A stretch of 61,422 nucleotides of DNA, from the NCBI GenBank assembly GCA_013152655.1, contig JAADFW010000279.1, forward strand, positions 1 to 61,422. The letters are read 5' to 3'. This DNA comes from Chlorobiota bacterium (GTDB taxonomy: Bacteria; Bacteroidota; Bacteroidia; Bacteroidales; B39-G9). A model generated the notes under the pieces. The model worked only from the letters and a program-made list of their open reading frames with translations, had not been told where the DNA came from and ran no database searches. Both the position numbers and the translations under genes were made by a program. Below, piece by piece: positions 58,901-61,422 of the stretch; position 1 is the stretch's first letter, and every line of letters begins with the position of its first letter.

Positions 58901-58938
58901 AAGTCTTCTTATTTACTAAGAAGACTTTCTTATTTTTG
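58901..58938 (+). terminator. Intrinsic terminator after oadB
   Basis: Perfect 11-bp stem aagtcttctta (58901-11) / taagaagactt (58917-27) with a 5-nt loop, then the T-rich tcttattttt. That T-rich tail overlaps a TAttTTTG -7-like box (58931-38) ahead of rpe. Confidence 0.75.
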
Positions 58939-58955
58939 TACTAAAATATAATAAA

Positions 58956-59603
58956 ATGATACAGATTTCACCTTCCATGCTTTCAGCCAATTTTGCCGAT
59001 TTAAAAACAGATATTGAAATGATAAATAATAGTGAAGCAGATTTGTTTCATCTTGATGTAATGGATGGTGTTTTTGTTCCCAATATTTCTTTTGGTTTTC
59101 CGGTTATTTCAGCTATAAATAAATATGCAAAAAAGCCCCTGGATGTACATTTAATGATTGTTGAACCTGATAAATATATTGATAACTTTAAATCTGCAGG
59201 CGCACATTATTTAACGGTTCATTACGAGGCTTGCAGACATTTACACCGTACTGTTCAAACTATTAAGAATCAAGGAATGAAAGCCGGTGTTTCACTTAAT
59301 CCGCATACGCCGGTATCATTGTTAGAAAATATAATTGGCGATTTAGATTTGGTTTTGCTTATGTCGGTAAACCCGGGTTTTGGAGGGCAAAAGTTTATTC
59401 CCGAAACAGTTCTTAAAATTTATAAACTAAAGGAAATGATTTTGCAAAACGGGTCGAGTGCTTTAATTGAGGTGGACGGAGGTGTTGATAATACCAACGC
59501 ATTAAGCTTAAAACAGGCCGGTGCCGACATTTTAGTTGCCGGTAGTTATATTTTTAAGTCTGATGATCCTACAAAAACTATTGCCGGATTAAAGAGCATT
59601 TGA
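58956..59603 (+). CDS. rpe: Ribulose-phosphate 3-epimerase
   Basis: 215 aa. ISPSMLSANF, HLDVMDG, MSVNPGFGGQKF and VDGGV motifs. Confidence 0.96.
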   Translation: MIQISPSMLSANFADLKTDIEMINNSEADLFHLDVMDGVFVPNISFGFPVISAINKYAKKPLDVHLMIVEPDKYIDNFKSAGAHYLTVHYEACRHLHRTVQTIKNQGMKAGVSLNPHTPVSLLENIIGDLDLVLLMSVNPGFGGQKFIPETVLKIYKLKEMILQNGSSALIEVDGGVDNTNALSLKQAGADILVAGSYIFKSDDPTKTIAGLKSI

Positions 59604-59668
59604 TTAAAAGTGCACCATCAACAACTCGTATTCAGGTAAAATGCAAGTAATAAATTAACTATAACAAA

Positions 59669-60889
59669 CTATTCTTTTCCATCAACCCAATCTTGTAAAT
59701 AGGCAAAATGGCTGTTTAGTTTTCCGTTAATGGTAATGCTGGCACGATGGATAATTTCGTCGGTATCTTCGCCAAAAATGGAAGGGAAAACTTTGTCAAT
59801 CAATCCATTGCCAAAATCAACTGAAGAATCTCTTGGTAATTCGCCGGGTAAATTATCAACTGCCATTACTGTAATATTCCCTTTTGCATAAGGTTCATCT
59901 TCTTTTTCAGTAATGGGGTTATAGCCATAAATAGGATTGGCAATAGTTGATGCACGTATGGTTGAGGCAATAGGGCCGTCCACATCACAGCTAACATCTG
60001 CAATTACTTTAATTCTGAAATCATCTTCACGCATGTCGTCTTTAGTTATAAACACTGGAGATTTAGGGTCCCAAAAATGACATGCTATAAACATGTCTGT
60101 TACTTTTGTAAAAGGCTTAAACGTAGATTCATATTCATGTGGATTATTAAAAAAATGTTCCAAATCGAAAGCAGAACCATCTTTGCGTTTAGTATAATGC
60201 CAGGGGTCAATTTGGCAATATACAGCTTCGTTATAATCTTTATTTAAAAAATCATGCGGATTTACTTTTTTAATACCCAATTGAGAAATGGTTTCCATTG
60301 CACCATGAGCTACTCTTCCTCCACCGGAAATAAGTATTTTTATCGGAGGGAGCTTTACTTTTTCAATTACTGAAAATAGTTCTTGCATATCGTGGCATTC
60401 ATAAGCCGGTTTCAAATCATAAATATTTTTTCTTTTTCCATAAGCCATTAGTCCGTTATATGCACCCACCAAGCCTGCCCACCTCCCAAATGCAACAAGG
60501 CGAATATGATTGGTATCAGTAAGGCTTTCGTGGTCAATAAGTGTAATTCCTTTGTCCATAACAGCCTTTAAAAGTCCACGATTATAGGGTTGCTTTTTAG
60601 TTGTATGTGAGAAAAAGAAATATTTCTTGTTTGGAATTAAATATTCAGGTTTAACTTCCTTTACTCCAACTAACACATCACAATCGCTTAAATCTTCTTT
60701 TAGTGTTAATCCCGCATCAATATATTCCTGGTCGGTATAGCACCTGATATTGCTGGGTTGAATATATAATTCTGCATTTGGAAATCTTTCTAGCAATTTT
60801 ATTCCTTGCATTGGTGGTATAGTAACTCTTCTGTCGGGTGGTGTTTTTGTTTCTTTAATAATTCCAAGTTTGATTTTATTTTCCATCAC
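59669..60889 (-). CDS. AlaDH/PNT-family dehydrogenase resembling lysine-ketoglutarate reductase (saccharopine dehydrogenase, L-lysine-forming)
   Basis: 406 aa. The pattern IIKETKTPPDRRV...IQPSNIRCYTDQEY...GVKEV...YFFFSHTTKKQPYN...LIDHE...RLVAFGRWAG matches the LKR-type N-terminal signature. Confidence 0.7.
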   Translation of the reverse strand: MMENKIKLGIIKETKTPPDRRVTIPPMQGIKLLERFPNAELYIQPSNIRCYTDQEYIDAGLTLKEDLSDCDVLVGVKEVKPEYLIPNKKYFFFSHTTKKQPYNRGLLKAVMDKGITLIDHESLTDTNHIRLVAFGRWAGLVGAYNGLMAYGKRKNIYDLKPAYECHDMQELFSVIEKVKLPPIKILISGGGRVAHGAMETISQLGIKKVNPHDFLNKDYNEAVYCQIDPWHYTKRKDGSAFDLEHFFNNPHEYESTFKPFTKVTDMFIACHFWDPKSPVFITKDDMREDDFRIKVIADVSCDVDGPIASTIRASTIANPIYGYNPITEKEDEPYAKGNITVMAVDNLPGELPRDSSVDFGNGLIDKVFPSIFGEDTDEIIHRASITINGKLNSHFAYLQDWVDGKE

Positions 60890-60942
60890 TTAAACTTTAA
60901 ATATTTTTTAGAACGCTAAAATTAGTTGTTTTTTTCCAGATT

Positions 60943-60974
60943 TTTGAATAGGATGAAGATGTTTTATAACTTTG
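60943..60974 (+). promoter_or_regulatory. Bacteroidota-type promoter (-33 TTTG / -7 TAnnTTTG) for ssrA
   Basis: TTTG at 60943-46, a 20-nt spacer, then TAacTTTG at 60967-74. The motif ends 13 nt before the mature tmRNA 5' end. Confidence 0.55.
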
Positions 60975-60987
60975 TGCTTCCATTTTT

Positions 60988-61384
60988 GGGGCTGACCTGG
61001 TTTTGACAGCGAGTTGAACCGGTAAGTAAGCATGTCGAGCATTGTGAATAAGCTCGTTAATCCTATTTGCAACTTTTATAAAAGGCGAATCTAATTTTGC
61101 TCTTGCTGCATAATCGAATTATAGTAGATTATTGCTTAATCCCGGCATAAGATGGCGGGACAAGACATCTCGCAGTGAATGTTTCTCGATTGTTCATTGC
61201 ATACGAGGTGCCGAAAAAATTGAGATAGCTTTGTTAGCGTTTCGATAACAAAGTAAAATTAAGAAACTAAGGTATTGTTTGGGTGCTTTTTTCCGGACAA
61301 TATTCGAAAATCAATAAAAAGCTAAGCATGTAGAAAGCTTATGGGTTGCTTGTTTGGACGAGGGTTCGACTCCCTCCAGCTCCA
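60988..61384 (+). ncRNA. ssrA: Transfer-messenger RNA (tmRNA)
   Basis: 5' GGGGCTG pairs with 3' CAGCTCC, followed by discriminator A. T-arm GGACGAGGGTTCGACTCCCTCC. Internal tag ORF 61084-61113 ggc gaa tct aat ttt gct ctt gct gca taa = GESNFALAA*. CCA is not encoded. Confidence 0.93.
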
Positions 61385-61422
61385 CTTCGTAAATATCATA
61401 TAATATCATATCGCCTCAAAAT

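Noticed and set aside
61330-61384. tRNA-like T-arm and acceptor sequence (GGTTCGACTCCC)
   Set aside because: It is the 3' tRNA-like domain of tmRNA and pairs with the GGGGCTG 5' end at 60988. It is not a separate tRNA gene.
1-61422. Search for CRISPR arrays, transposases, integrases, reverse transcriptases, toxin-antitoxin pairs, known defence-system genes, rRNA and tRNA
   Set aside because: None was recognised in the ORF translations or in the intergenic sequence. This check was by eye only, so small or divergent elements could have been missed.

Overview
AT-rich chromosomal segment that looks like Bacteroidota. Three things support that: the tmRNA tag GESNFALAA, a TTTG/TAnnTTTG-type promoter, and the gene order. 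All calls come from reading the ORF translations and the DNA by eye; no database search was run. Most of the window is housekeeping: an aromatic amino-acid operon (pheA, aminotransferase, tyrA, DAHP synthase fused to chorismate mutase), a CapA-like/SPOR protein, SpoIID-lpxB-surE, pheT, a macro-domain protein, dapB with two tandem signal-peptidase genes, thrS-infC-rpmI-rplT, DPP-IV, a ClC channel, a hybrid histidine kinase, enoyl-CoA hydratase, the oadGAB Na+-pumping decarboxylase, rpe, a lysine-ketoglutarate-reductase-like dehydrogenase, and tmRNA at the right edge. Four regions are not ordinary. (1) 14.4-21.1 kb holds two tandem giant Cache-HAMP-GAF-PAS transducer-like proteins with no recognisable output domain. 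One ends in a hemerythrin domain and is frameshifted near its 5' end. An unknown 189-aa gene follows them. (2) 39.8-53.3 kb holds a LytTR two-component pair placed divergently from a tightly packed 12-gene same-strand cluster rich in proteases and hydrolases (2 CPBP, S41, Asp-protease-PDZ, serine hydrolase, PAF-AH-like hydrolase, GNAT). (3) A 610-bp spacer at 13.0-13.6 kb is packed with nested inverted repeats. (4) 53.4-55.3 kb holds a LuxR regulator with a degenerate receiver, paired with a hemerythrin-like protein. I saw no CRISPR array, transposase, integrase, reverse transcriptase, rRNA or tRNA. Regions 1 and 2 are my best candidates for an undescribed system, but that is inference from domain content and gene order only.
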